Source: Desulfocapsa sulfexigens DSM 10523 | Lineage (GTDB): Bacteria > Desulfobacterota > Desulfobulbia > Desulfobulbales > Desulfocapsaceae | Assembly: GCF_000341395.1 (NCBI RefSeq) | Contig: NC_020304.1 | Coordinates: 1,350,001 to 1,382,000 of the forward strand | Direction of reading: 5' to 3' | DNA length: 32,000 nucleotides | Shown here: piece after piece, positions 1 through 8,545 of the stretch | Layout of the letters: each line of letters starts with the position of its first letter | Numbering within the stretch: the first letter of the stretch is position 1 | Translations under genes and position numbers: made by a program | The notes under the pieces: generated by a model | Seen by the model: the letters and a program-made list of their open reading frames with translations, nothing else | Told to the model about the DNA's origin: nothing | The model's database searches: none

Positions 1-766
1 AAGAGAGTCTGACGTCAAAGGTAATACAGGGAACATTTCGTTCGACCATCGCCTTGACCAGTCGTTGGGCCGTCGGGATGTGATTGGTATGGGCCTCGAG
101 TACACCGGAGCCAAAGTTCAACACATAGTCGGTGTTATCAAAATCCCAGTTATCATAATGATTTCCCCAAGTCAATTCCTGGGCAACCCATTTGCCACCT
201 TCACAGATAGAAGTATGGCCGGAAATTGTTTTGCTTCCATAGGTTCCCATAAATACGGTTTTTGGCAAAGATGAGGAACTTCCCTTGGCTCGTCCGTAAT
301 GGTACATCAGCTTTTCCGGATGTCCGTCGTCTCTGAGTTTTTTCATACGAGCGGCAAGATCGGTCAAAGCTTCATCCCAGGAAATACGTTTATATTTTCC
401 ATCTCCACGTTTGCCTGCGCGTTTCAGGGGATAGAGAATTCTGTCCGGGAAATAGACCTGATTGACCCCAGCCTGACCCTTGGCGCAGATCTTTCCCAGG
501 CTACGGATAGAGTTCGGTTGGCCCTCGATCTTAACCACTCTGCCATCTTCGACAAAAGCGATCTTCGGATCACGTGTTACACAACTGTAACAGACAGTGG
601 GTACGGCTTTGCGTTCCTTGCCAGTGTCAGGGTTGAAATCTCTGCCTCCCATGGCAAGCTCGACCGAACCGGCCAGGGCATTGCCCACCATTCCTTTGCC
701 GGCGGTTAGTAAGGCACCGCTGGCCGCAGCCAGTTTTAAGACGTTGCGGCGGCTGATTTTTTTCAT
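1..766 (-). CDS. Molybdopterin-containing oxidoreductase catalytic subunit, N-terminal part (runs off left edge)
   Basis: Reverse-strand translation from ATG at 766: MKKISRRNVLKLAAASGALLTAGKGMVGNALAGS... (Tat-type SRRNVLK signal), then TVCYSCVTRDPKIAFVEDGRVVKIEGQPNS..SLGKICAKGQAGVNQVYFPDRILYPLKRAG..KYKRISWDEAL, typical of the DMSO reductase superfamily N-terminus. Not in the ORF track because it is open at the edge. Confidence 0.9.
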   Translation of the reverse strand, partial: MKKISRRNVLKLAAASGALLTAGKGMVGNALAGSVELAMGGRDFNPDTGKERKAVPTVCYSCVTRDPKIAFVEDGRVVKIEGQPNSIRSLGKICAKGQAGVNQVYFPDRILYPLKRAGKRGDGKYKRISWDEALTDLAARMKKLRDDGHPEKLMYHYGRAKGSSSSLPKTVFMGTYGSKTISGHTSICEGGKWVAQELTWGNHYDNWDFDNTDYVLNFGSGVLEAHTNHIPTAQRLVKAMVERNVPCITFDVRLS

Positions 767-807
767 TGTTCTAGTCCTCCTGTATGTACAAAAGATTATG
801 AGTTGTA

Positions 808-1674
808 TTATTCAACGATGTCCCGATACTCTGTGAGTTTGTCTTTGTCTTCATAAGAGTAATCAGCCAGCACTTCATCGGGATCAATGTAGTAGATGTT
901 TGGCATGGTTTTGGCTTCAGGCTTCATTGTTGTTTTGTTACGATTTTCCAGAAGGTTGAACTCCTTGGCGAGTTTGGCTACATCACTGTTGGGATCGTTG
1001 AGATCACCAAAGATACGGGCACCAGGAGCACAGGTATTAACACACGCCGGAGTTATGCCTTCATCCAGGCGATGAACACAGGAGGAGCATTTTACGATGG
1101 CATTTTTACTCTTATCCTTCCCTGACAGCTTTCGTTTGTTGAACGTACGAGCACCATAAGGACAGGCATCGATACACTTCCCACAACCGGTACATGCGTC
1201 ATTATCGATAAGAATCAATCCATCTGGACGTTTATAGGTGGCACCACCGCGGTAGCGAATCTTTTTCCCTTCTGCTGTGACGAAGACACGGCGATCTTTT
1301 GGGTATTCGGGGCAGGCCTTGACACAGGGCGGTACGGTCATGTCTCCTACCTTCTCGGTTCCCTCGCAGTGATTGCAGCGACGGGGAATAAGGGTGCGCC
1401 TGGTATCAGGATACTTACCTGTAACTACCTGTTTAATTACGGTTTTAAAAGCTCCGAGTGGTACGTCATACTCTGCTTTGCAGGCCACTGTGCAGGCCCG
1501 ACAGCCGGTGCAGCGGCGCAAATCCATTATCATCACCCACTGCGGTGTTTTGACTTCGGCGGCTTCTGCTTCTTTTGGTTGCAGCAGGCTTACTGATGCG
1601 AGTCCGGCCGCAGCCAAAGATACTCCGGTGACCCGAAGCATTTCCCTGCGATCATCTCTTGTGTTAGTGGTCAT
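808..1674 (-). CDS. 4Fe-4S ferredoxin-type electron-transfer subunit (DmsB/PhsB/TtrB-like), Tat-exported
   Basis: 288 aa; DRREMLRVTGVSLAAAGLASV signal; CTGCRACTVACKAEYD, CNHCEG..PPCVKACPE, CTGCGKCIDACPYG and CSSCVHR..PACVNTCAPG, consistent with four 4Fe-4S clusters. Confidence 0.93.
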   Translation of the reverse strand: MTTNTRDDRREMLRVTGVSLAAAGLASVSLLQPKEAEAAEVKTPQWVMIMDLRRCTGCRACTVACKAEYDVPLGAFKTVIKQVVTGKYPDTRRTLIPRRCNHCEGTEKVGDMTVPPCVKACPEYPKDRRVFVTAEGKKIRYRGGATYKRPDGLILIDNDACTGCGKCIDACPYGARTFNKRKLSGKDKSKNAIVKCSSCVHRLDEGITPACVNTCAPGARIFGDLNDPNSDVAKLAKEFNLLENRNKTTMKPEAKTMPNIYYIDPDEVLADYSYEDKDKLTEYRDIVE

Positions 1675-1817
1675 GACCTCCTCCTCGATTCTCTGTTTCT
1701 GTTATGGCTTGTATGATGCAAGCCCGTTTGTATGTCCCTGATATTTCAGGTGCTACATTCTACAATTGAAAGTTTTTTCTTTTCTGACTGCCTACAAAGC
1801 CCAGCCATTTTTATTCG

Positions 1818-3218
1818 TCATTCCTGCTTTTCTGCTTCAGCCTCTTCGGCAAGAGGTTCCAGTTCATCAAGAACGGTGTAGACACTATTGAGTCCCTCAT
1901 CAATCAACATGATTGAATACTTCTTGTTATGAACGCCGTTACCAAATTCCACGAGATCCAATGCCTTTTGTCCCGTTGCAAGAGTCTTTATGAACTCGGC
2001 TATCTGCTCCTCACTGAGCTGATCTTTGAGCTTGACGATCAGGCCTTCAGCACGTGCTTTTTCTTCTTTGGCAAAGCTTACCTCGGTCTGAACTTCTTTG
2101 ATCCAGTCGGCCAACAATTTTTCATGATCCTTGGTGTGACAATCCACACAGGATTTAGCTGAACCACGGAGGATCTTTTCACCCTTATGTATTTCAGGTT
2201 TGTCATGGCAACCCTGACAGTTAGTCTTAACCGGATTCATCAAGCTTGGTGTTTCTGGAACTCCGCCATATGCTGCACCAAGGAGGAGGGCCTTCTGGAG
2301 ACTATGATGGTCTGGATGACAGCTGGCACAATTGATACGGGCGGCTTCAATGAAATCACCTTCCTTATGGATAAGGGGCTGGTGGCAGTCAGCACACTGG
2401 GCCTTCTGTTTGGCCACATGCTCCGTATGCATGAGTTTCATCTCATATCTTTTTTCGAGCACCATCTTGTCGCTGTGGCACTTCTCGCAGGATCCGGGAA
2501 TGAGATCCGTTTCACCGGTGATTACCTGGTAGTGACAGGACTCACAGGAAACACCAGCCTTCTCAAGACTCTGATGAGTAATTACTGCCTGGTCAGGATC
2601 GAGTGGTGCATCTTTTTTCTGTGATTGCAGAGGAGTGGTTGGGATTTCGTGGCAAAGATTGCAGGCAGCGCGACCTTTATTGAATTCCGTATTTCTGAAA
2701 TGACAGACGTAGCATTGCTCTTTGGGAACTTCGAAATGCTTCTCATCACTGGCCTTGATATGGCAGGTTGTGCAGTGCATCTCCTGGCCGGGGATGGTCT
2801 TCTCATAATGGGCCTTATGGGTAAACTTGACTTTTTTCTCCTTTCCATAGGTCAGCTGCTTATCCATAAATTTTTCAGATGGATGACACTGGGCCGTTGA
2901 ACAGGAAATATCTGCAATATGAGTAGCCCTGCGAACTTCTTTGTCATCGGTGGAGAGATAGGTGAAGAGTTGCCCAAGGCCTTTGAACTTGGCATGGAGG
3001 GTCATCTTTTCTCCGGGTGCATAATGGCAGACGACACAGGAAATTTCTTCTTTACCAGCCTTGCCATGTTTATCTGCCTGCCAGCTCTTGTAAGGTTTAT
3101 CCATGATATGGCAGCTGGTTCCACAGAATTGCGGTCGCGCCGTATAGGATTCAACGGAAAAGACCATAGCAGCGCTTATGGCAGCAATTACAACAATGAT
3201 CAGTACTATTTTCTTCAT
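1818..3218 (-). CDS. Multihaem c-type cytochrome with NapC/NirT-like N-terminus
   Basis: Start taken as ATG at 3218 (MKKIVLIIVVIAAIS...) preceded by a GGGGAG-like RBS, rather than the longer ORF start at 3263. N-terminal membrane anchor/signal; 10 CXXCH motifs (CVVCH, CTTCH, CYVCH, CNLCH, CESCH, CEKCH, CADCH, CASCH, CQGCH, CVDCH) plus CGTSCH and CSTAQCH. Confidence 0.9.
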   Translation of the reverse strand: MKKIVLIIVVIAAISAAMVFSVESYTARPQFCGTSCHIMDKPYKSWQADKHGKAGKEEISCVVCHYAPGEKMTLHAKFKGLGQLFTYLSTDDKEVRRATHIADISCSTAQCHPSEKFMDKQLTYGKEKKVKFTHKAHYEKTIPGQEMHCTTCHIKASDEKHFEVPKEQCYVCHFRNTEFNKGRAACNLCHEIPTTPLQSQKKDAPLDPDQAVITHQSLEKAGVSCESCHYQVITGETDLIPGSCEKCHSDKMVLEKRYEMKLMHTEHVAKQKAQCADCHQPLIHKEGDFIEAARINCASCHPDHHSLQKALLLGAAYGGVPETPSLMNPVKTNCQGCHDKPEIHKGEKILRGSAKSCVDCHTKDHEKLLADWIKEVQTEVSFAKEEKARAEGLIVKLKDQLSEEQIAEFIKTLATGQKALDLVEFGNGVHNKKYSIMLIDEGLNSVYTVLDELEPLAEEAEAEKQE

Positions 3219-3269
3219 GCAGATATTCTCCCCTTGTATACAAAATGATACTATGAACCTCACATCTAA

Positions 3270-3285
3270 TGCACAAAGGGTGCCA
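3270..3285 (-). promoter_or_regulatory. Putative sigma54 (RpoN) promoter of the cytochrome gene
   Basis: Minus strand TGGCACCCTTTGTGCA: GG-N10-GC spacing as in TGGCAC-N5-TTGCA, one mismatch; about 50 nt upstream of the ATG at 3218, next to an NtrC-type activator gene. Confidence 0.75.
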
Positions 3286-3336
3286 AGAAAAAGGGGTTGG
3301 AATTACAGGGAAAAACGAATTGTACGGAGGGGGATT

Positions 3337-3374
3337 GCTTAAAGAATAGACAGGCTGCTGTCTATTCTTTAAGC
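3337..3374. repeat. 17-bp perfect inverted repeat with 4-nt loop (possible activator site or hairpin)
   Basis: GCTTAAAGAATAGACAG-GCTG-CTGTCTATTCTTTAAGC; overlaps the stop codon of the response regulator gene and lies upstream of the sigma54 site. Confidence 0.85.
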
Positions 3375-4751
3375 AGAAGGAAGTTTTTTTCTCAAGGTCA
3401 TCCGATTGATGCCAAGGAGATTGGCGGCCTGAACTTGATTACCGTCACAGAGATCAAGGGCCTTTTTAATCAGGATCTGTTCGACTTCGGATAAGAGGTG
3501 GCGATAGGGACGTGATTCGTCACCCTTGATCAGTTTGTCGATCTGGCTGGATACAACCTGCTCAAAATCACCTGCAGTCTCAGTAGGGTTCTGAAGAACA
3601 CAATCCTCTGCCGTAAGAACCCTGGCCTTTGCTAAAACAATGGCTCTGCGAATGGTGTTTTCCAGTTCACGAATATTGCCGGGCCAGGAGTGGTGAGAGA
3701 GTTTCGCAAGGGCTTTATCACTGATCCCTTCCACTGCTGGAGATACCTGACGACCGTAACGGGAGAGAAAGTAGAGGATCAAATCCGGCAGGTCTCTTAT
3801 CCTCTGCCTCAGTGGTGGTATGGTGATGGTCAGGACGTTAATTCGGTGTAACAGGTCAAGGCGGAACAAACCATTCTCTGCCATTTTCTCAAGATTTCTG
3901 TTACTGGCAGCGATAAGTCGCACATCGGTTGTTAATTGTTTGTTGCTGCCCAATCGTTCAAAAGTTCCATCCTGGAGAACCCGTAGAACTTTAGCCTGAG
4001 ATCCAAGTGGTAGTTCCCCGATTTCATCAAGAAAGAGAGTTCCCTGATGACACTGTTCAAAGCGACCGATCCGCTGTTTGCTGGCACCGGTAAAAGCACC
4101 TGTTTCATAGCCGAAGAGTTCACTTTCCACCAGTTCATCGGGCAGGGAGGCGCAGTTTACCACCATAAACGGGCCATCTTTACGAGAACTGTGTTGGAGA
4201 ACGGCCCGGGCAGTCAGCTCTTTCCCCACTCCGGTTTCCCCGGTAATAAGAACCGGCAGATCAGATCCAGCCATCTGGCCAATCTTTTTGCACATGTCCA
4301 AAACCTCAGGGCTGGAACCGACAATGCATTCCTGAGAGGTTCTCATGTCCTCCCACTCTTTACCACAGCCACAATGCAGTTCCGCTTGGATTCTGCAGGA
4401 TATCAGGGCTGTGTCGATCACCTGACGCATCTCATCATTATCGAAAGGCTTGGTAACATAGTCAAAGGCACCGTCTTTCATTGCCTGCATAGCGGAAGCG
4501 GAGTCGGCAAAGGCGGTCACCATGATAATTGGAAGATGGGGGTGCAGTTTTTTGATAATCGTAAGTGCTTTCAGCCCATCCATACCCGGCATGCGGATGT
4601 CCATGAGCACCACATCCGGCATCTCTCTGTCCACCGCTTCAATAGCCTCTTTACCGTTTTCAGCGGTACGAATGGTATATTCGTCACTAAAGGTCCGTTT
4701 AAAGGCGTAACGGACTGCTTTTTCATCATCAACAATGAGCAGAGTTGTCAT
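3369..4751 (-). CDS. Sigma54-dependent NtrC-family response regulator
   Basis: 460 aa; receiver domain (LLIVDDEKAVRYAF..DVVLMDIRMPGMDG), AAA+ domain (ITGETGVGKELTAR, ETGAFTGA), Fis-type HTH (GNQVQAANLLGINRMTLRKKL). Confidence 0.96.
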   Translation of the reverse strand: MTTLLIVDDEKAVRYAFKRTFSDEYTIRTAENGKEAIEAVDREMPDVVLMDIRMPGMDGLKALTIIKKLHPHLPIIMVTAFADSASAMQAMKDGAFDYVTKPFDNDEMRQVIDTALISCRIQAELHCGCGKEWEDMRTSQECIVGSSPEVLDMCKKIGQMAGSDLPVLITGETGVGKELTARAVLQHSSRKDGPFMVVNCASLPDELVESELFGYETGAFTGASKQRIGRFEQCHQGTLFLDEIGELPLGSQAKVLRVLQDGTFERLGSNKQLTTDVRLIAASNRNLEKMAENGLFRLDLLHRINVLTITIPPLRQRIRDLPDLILYFLSRYGRQVSPAVEGISDKALAKLSHHSWPGNIRELENTIRRAIVLAKARVLTAEDCVLQNPTETAGDFEQVVSSQIDKLIKGDESRPYRHLLSEVEQILIKKALDLCDGNQVQAANLLGINRMTLRKKLPSA

Positions 4752-6168
4752 AGGGCAAGATTAGTAAGAGTGAGGTCCCTTCGCGTTCACGAGAGATGAT
4801 GTCAAGACGGCCACCATGCTGCTGGGCAATATTCCAGGCTACAGCCAGACCCATGCCGGTACCGTCCTCCTTGGTGGTAAAGAAGGGATCAAAGATATGT
4901 TTGAGATTTTCTTCTGATATCCCATCACCTGTATCAGTAATTGTGCAGTTCAGAGCGCCATCGATGAGAGAGGTGCTTATTGTCAGTTTTCCCCCGGATG
5001 GCATTGCCTGCAAGGCATTCAAGATTCCATTCATCAGGATCTGCTTGATACTTGGCCCGTCTACTTGTATTGGCTCGAGTGTATCTTCCAGTATTTTTTC
5101 AATATGAACCCCAGATTTTTCTATTTTTGGCCCGGTGATGGCCAGTACATCTTCAACCAGACCATTTATATCAGTATCAGCAAAGGCCATTTCAGACCGC
5201 CGGGCAGAACGAAGAAAACGACTGACAGTAGAATCAATCCTGTCCAGTTCCTCTACTATAACCTCAAGATCTTCCCCTTGTAGTGGCTCTTCCTGTTCTT
5301 CGGCTCTTTGGATCAACATCTTAATTGAGGTCAGGGGATTTTTGATCTCATGGGCGAGACCTGTGGAAAATTCTCCAAGGGCGTAAAGTTTTTCAGTACG
5401 AACCAGATTTTCCTGAGCTGACCTGATTGCAGTTACCAGCTCTTTGAGTTGGCGGGACATGGTATTAAACGTGGTCGCCAGTTCGCCTATTTCTCCGACG
5501 CCTTTTTCAGGAATTGCCGTACCAAAATCACCTTCACCAACTTTATGAGCGGCACGATTAAGGAGCAGTATGGGAGAGATTAACTGTCTTGCCATCCATA
5601 GTGCAGCCAGAATGCCTATAACCAAAATGATACCAGTAATTGCCCATACTTTTTGTCTGGAAGTCTGCAAGGTATTGAAGAGTGGTTGTACAGAGATACC
5701 CAGACGAAGATATCCCGCAACACCAAGTTGTCTGGAACTAATGGGAATAAGAAGATCCAGGGGTTTTTTTCTGTCTGCCTCCGTAACGTCCCGGAGGAAA
5801 ACTGCACGTTCCATGGCGGGATCAAAAAAAGCTATGGGAGGGCGTACGATGGGTTCCCGCTCTCGCGCAAGAATAAGTTCTCCCTGATCATTATAAATCT
5901 CACCATAGACAAGAAAACGCTCCTTTGATTCCAGGTAGGATTGGAGGTGACTATAGAGTGTATAGTCCTCATCATAGAGCAGTGGCTCAAGAAGCTGCTG
6001 AGGCATGATTTCACCCAGCTGTAAGGCTCGAATACGAAGATCTTCCTGTAAAATACGTTTTTCATCACGCAGGACAAGGCTTGCAACGGACAAAGCTGTC
6101 ACCACAACAACGGTCACTATCGATACGGAGAGACGTACCGCAATGCGATTATACCAATGCAATACCAT
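4729..6168 (-). CDS. Membrane-bound sensor histidine kinase
   Basis: 479 aa; two N-terminal-half TM segments around a periplasmic domain, HAMP-like region, H-box ALGEFSTGLAHEIKNPLTSIKM, ATPase motifs DTGDGISEENLKHIFDPFFTTKEDGTGMGLAV. Overlaps the response regulator gene. Confidence 0.95.
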   Translation of the reverse strand: MVLHWYNRIAVRLSVSIVTVVVVTALSVASLVLRDEKRILQEDLRIRALQLGEIMPQQLLEPLLYDEDYTLYSHLQSYLESKERFLVYGEIYNDQGELILAREREPIVRPPIAFFDPAMERAVFLRDVTEADRKKPLDLLIPISSRQLGVAGYLRLGISVQPLFNTLQTSRQKVWAITGIILVIGILAALWMARQLISPILLLNRAAHKVGEGDFGTAIPEKGVGEIGELATTFNTMSRQLKELVTAIRSAQENLVRTEKLYALGEFSTGLAHEIKNPLTSIKMLIQRAEEQEEPLQGEDLEVIVEELDRIDSTVSRFLRSARRSEMAFADTDINGLVEDVLAITGPKIEKSGVHIEKILEDTLEPIQVDGPSIKQILMNGILNALQAMPSGGKLTISTSLIDGALNCTITDTGDGISEENLKHIFDPFFTTKEDGTGMGLAVAWNIAQQHGGRLDIISREREGTSLLLILPYDNSAHC

Positions 6169-6200
6169 AGTTCTACCTGCTTCCCCTCATTATAAAGCCC

Positions 6201-7076
6201 CTATTCTTTCAGCTGTTTCTGCAGCAAAAGTGCAGAACGGTACAGCCCGGGTGTTGCGATGGCAAAGCCATCCATTTCAAGGTGTTGTAGCACAATCTTA
6301 CCTCGGGGATCAGTAGCCATGCCAAGCAGTATTTTCAGCAGAGTTCGTTTGGTCTCCTTGTCAAGAGTTGGAGTTACGACCACGGGAGGCATACCAAATT
6401 CCTCGGATTTGTGAATAACACGAACTTCTTTAGCAAAAGAATGCGGCAATTTATAGAGCGAATCAAAAATAAGACTGTCCACAGCCGCACCATTCGCAAT
6501 CCCTGTTGCAACAGCCTCAATGGATTTGTCATGACTTTCTGTATAAAATGTTTTTTTAAAGAATTGTTTTGTCATATGTCCAAGACTGTTCAGTGTTGCC
6601 ACAGGGTAGATACGCCCACTGAACGATAAGGGATCAGTGAAAGCAAAAATCTGGCCCTGAAGCTCTTCAAGTGTGCTTGCCGGGTTGTCTTTGGCGGTAA
6701 TGATATATGACTGATAGGCGGTTTTTCCGTTGACGACTGGTACTGCCAGGACTTCCAGACCAAAGGACTTTCGGCCGGCAAGATATCCACCTGTGCAGGT
6801 AAATGCCATCTGCACGCTTGCATCATAAAGCAGCGTGTTGATTTCTTGGTAGGTACGGCGCTGTTTCAGGTGGACGTGGATTCCCAGTTTTTCTTCCAGG
6901 TACTGGCGAAACTCGGCAAAGTGGATCAGGGTTTGGGCCGGAGAAGCCATTGCTGAAACGGCAAAGAAGAAATGATCAGCGTGCTCATCTCCTTCTGGCT
7001 GAGCTGACGCCTGGCCAGGAAACAGCATGAAGAGCAATAAACCAACAATAAGAGAACTGTATTTAATTTTCAGCAT
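6201..7076 (-). CDS. PhnD-like (phosphate/phosphonate-type) periplasmic substrate-binding protein
   Basis: 291 aa with signal peptide; EFRQYLEEKLGIHVHLKQRRTYQEINTLLYDASVQMAFTCTGGYLAG..., GQIFAFTDPLSFSGRIYP, AVDSLIFDSLYK. Confidence 0.85.
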   Translation of the reverse strand: MLKIKYSSLIVGLLLFMLFPGQASAQPEGDEHADHFFFAVSAMASPAQTLIHFAEFRQYLEEKLGIHVHLKQRRTYQEINTLLYDASVQMAFTCTGGYLAGRKSFGLEVLAVPVVNGKTAYQSYIITAKDNPASTLEELQGQIFAFTDPLSFSGRIYPVATLNSLGHMTKQFFKKTFYTESHDKSIEAVATGIANGAAVDSLIFDSLYKLPHSFAKEVRVIHKSEEFGMPPVVVTPTLDKETKRTLLKILLGMATDPRGKIVLQHLEMDGFAIATPGLYRSALLLQKQLKE

Positions 7077-7317
7077 AGAAAGACACCATTGGGCATTTCA
7101 GCCCTTTGCAAGAAAAAGAATCTGAAACTGAATTCTATGAGAAATTTCGAGACAAGTATACAAATAATAACTAGGTGTCACTGTTGTCTCTCAAATTCTA
7201 CTGGTACCAAAATACATTACCCAGTCAGATAATTCTTGGCTACGCTGACATGTTTGCGGCCATAATTCATTAGACCCTCCACTCCTGATAATGGCTTCAG
7301 TGGCAATAATTTAAGTC

Positions 7318-7355
7318 AAAAAAAAAACGGGTAATTGCACTGATACAATTACCCG
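7318..7355 (-). terminator. Rho-independent terminator of the Hsp20 genes
   Basis: Perfect 10-bp stem CGGGTAATTG..CAATTACCCG followed on the minus strand by a run of 10 T. Confidence 0.88.
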
Positions 7356-7414
7356 ATTTTGCTTTACCTCGTATTTTCTAGAGGTTTCTGGCAAAGCTCT
7401 GTTGTCCGTATTCG

Positions 7415-7801
7415 TTATGCTGATCGTATTTCAATAGTTCTGGGCATAGCAGCCTCGGCCTTTGGTAAATGAAGTTTAAGGGTTCCGTCTTTGAGTTCAG
7501 CATTTACTTTTGCAACATCGATTGTTTGAGGTACCGAAAACACTCGTTTGTATTCAACATCATAAAACTCTTGCCAGGTTTCGACTCCCTTCCTTTGCAG
7601 GTTTCTGACACCTGAAATTTCCAGTTTTCCATTATCTACATTTACTGAAATTTTATCTTTCGTTACACCTGGCATATCAGCATGGAGCAATATCTCTTCA
7701 TCATTTTCATATATATCCACTACAGGGGCAATAGTCGCCAGATCTTGCTGTTTTTCGACCATATTCTCTGTTCTTTTTGTGATTTCCATGTTTTTATTCA
7801 T
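7415..7801 (-). CDS. hsp20: Hsp20/alpha-crystallin family small heat shock protein
   Basis: 128 aa; VDIYENDEEILLHADMPGVTKDKISVNVDNGKLEISG, VDVAKVNAELKDGTLKLHLPKAE: alpha-crystallin domain. Confidence 0.95.
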   Translation of the reverse strand: MNKNMEITKRTENMVEKQQDLATIAPVVDIYENDEEILLHADMPGVTKDKISVNVDNGKLEISGVRNLQRKGVETWQEFYDVEYKRVFSVPQTIDVAKVNAELKDGTLKLHLPKAEAAMPRTIEIRSA

Positions 7802-7844
7802 TATTTTACCTCCAATAACTCATGATATAGATAAAATGAACTCC

Positions 7845-8273
7845 TTAGTTGATAGTAATCTGTTTGGGTTTAGCAGATTCTGCTTTAGGAAGTACCAGCG
7901 TTAACAGACCATCTTTCAAGACTGCGTCAATCTTATCAGCGTCAACGTCAGCGGCAAGAGTAAAACTACGCGTAAATGTAGATAAATTACGCTCGACTCT
8001 ATGAGTTTTATATCCTTCAGGGGCATCGGATTTTCGGGTGCCGCTTATTTCGAGGTAGTTACCTTGGATCCTGATATTTAGATCTTCTTTATTGACCCCA
8101 GGAACCTCTGCAATCATCTGAAATGAATCCCCATTGTCATACATGTTCGTTTTAGGGAAGCCGCCTGCAACCCTCCAGCCTGAACTTTCACCATAGGACC
8201 GGTCAGAGTTAATTGAACGAAGCAGATCCATAGCGGAAAACATACGATCAATATCATTCATTCTTGTCCACAT
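7845..8273 (-). CDS. hsp20: Hsp20/alpha-crystallin family small heat shock protein
   Basis: 142 aa; TNMYDNGDSFQMIAEVPGVNKEDLNIRIQGNYLEISG...VDADKIDAVLKDGLLTLVLPKAESAKPKQITI. Confidence 0.95.
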   Translation of the reverse strand: MWTRMNDIDRMFSAMDLLRSINSDRSYGESSGWRVAGGFPKTNMYDNGDSFQMIAEVPGVNKEDLNIRIQGNYLEISGTRKSDAPEGYKTHRVERNLSTFTRSFTLAADVDADKIDAVLKDGLLTLVLPKAESAKPKQITIN

Positions 8274-8496
8274 AACTGTACCTCCTTTTTCAGTTGCTCT
8301 TTTTTGCCGCTGCTTCTAAGCAGCGCAGGTGTTTACATTTTATAGCTTATGTTTTTAATGAAATACCAAGCTCATGTGGCATTGTTCTTACACTATCATT
8401 GCTCTTTGACCCAAAAATAAATACGGTGAGTTTCTGTGTCAATACTGTGGAAAATATTTTTTGCATTAACCTTAAAAATTACTTTAAAGGCTGCAG

Positions 8497-8525
8497 TTGA
8501 CAAAGTAATATCCGCTCGGTATTTT
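8497..8525 (+). promoter_or_regulatory. Sigma70-type promoter of the RHH-like gene
   Basis: Consensus -35 TTGACA, 17-nt spacer, TATTTT -10, followed by a strong AGGAGGT RBS and ATG at 8546. Confidence 0.6.
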
Positions 8526-8545
8526 TGTAAGAAAGGAGGTTTGAA

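Noticed and set aside
65-836. Plus-strand ORFs of 69, 136 and 79 aa
   Set aside because: Antisense to the molybdopterin oxidoreductase start; composition and lack of motifs fit spurious shadow ORFs.
1929-2900. Plus-strand ORFs of 77-145 aa opposite the cytochrome gene
   Set aside because: Shadow ORFs of a Cys/His-rich multihaem gene; the minus frame has clear haem motifs.
3337-3374. Inverted repeat read as a Rho-independent terminator
   Set aside because: No U-tract immediately after the stem on the minus strand, and no plus-strand gene to terminate; kept instead as a possible regulator site.
4047-5386. Plus-strand ORFs including a 250-aa ORF
   Set aside because: Fully antisense to the response regulator and kinase genes, whose protein motifs are unambiguous.
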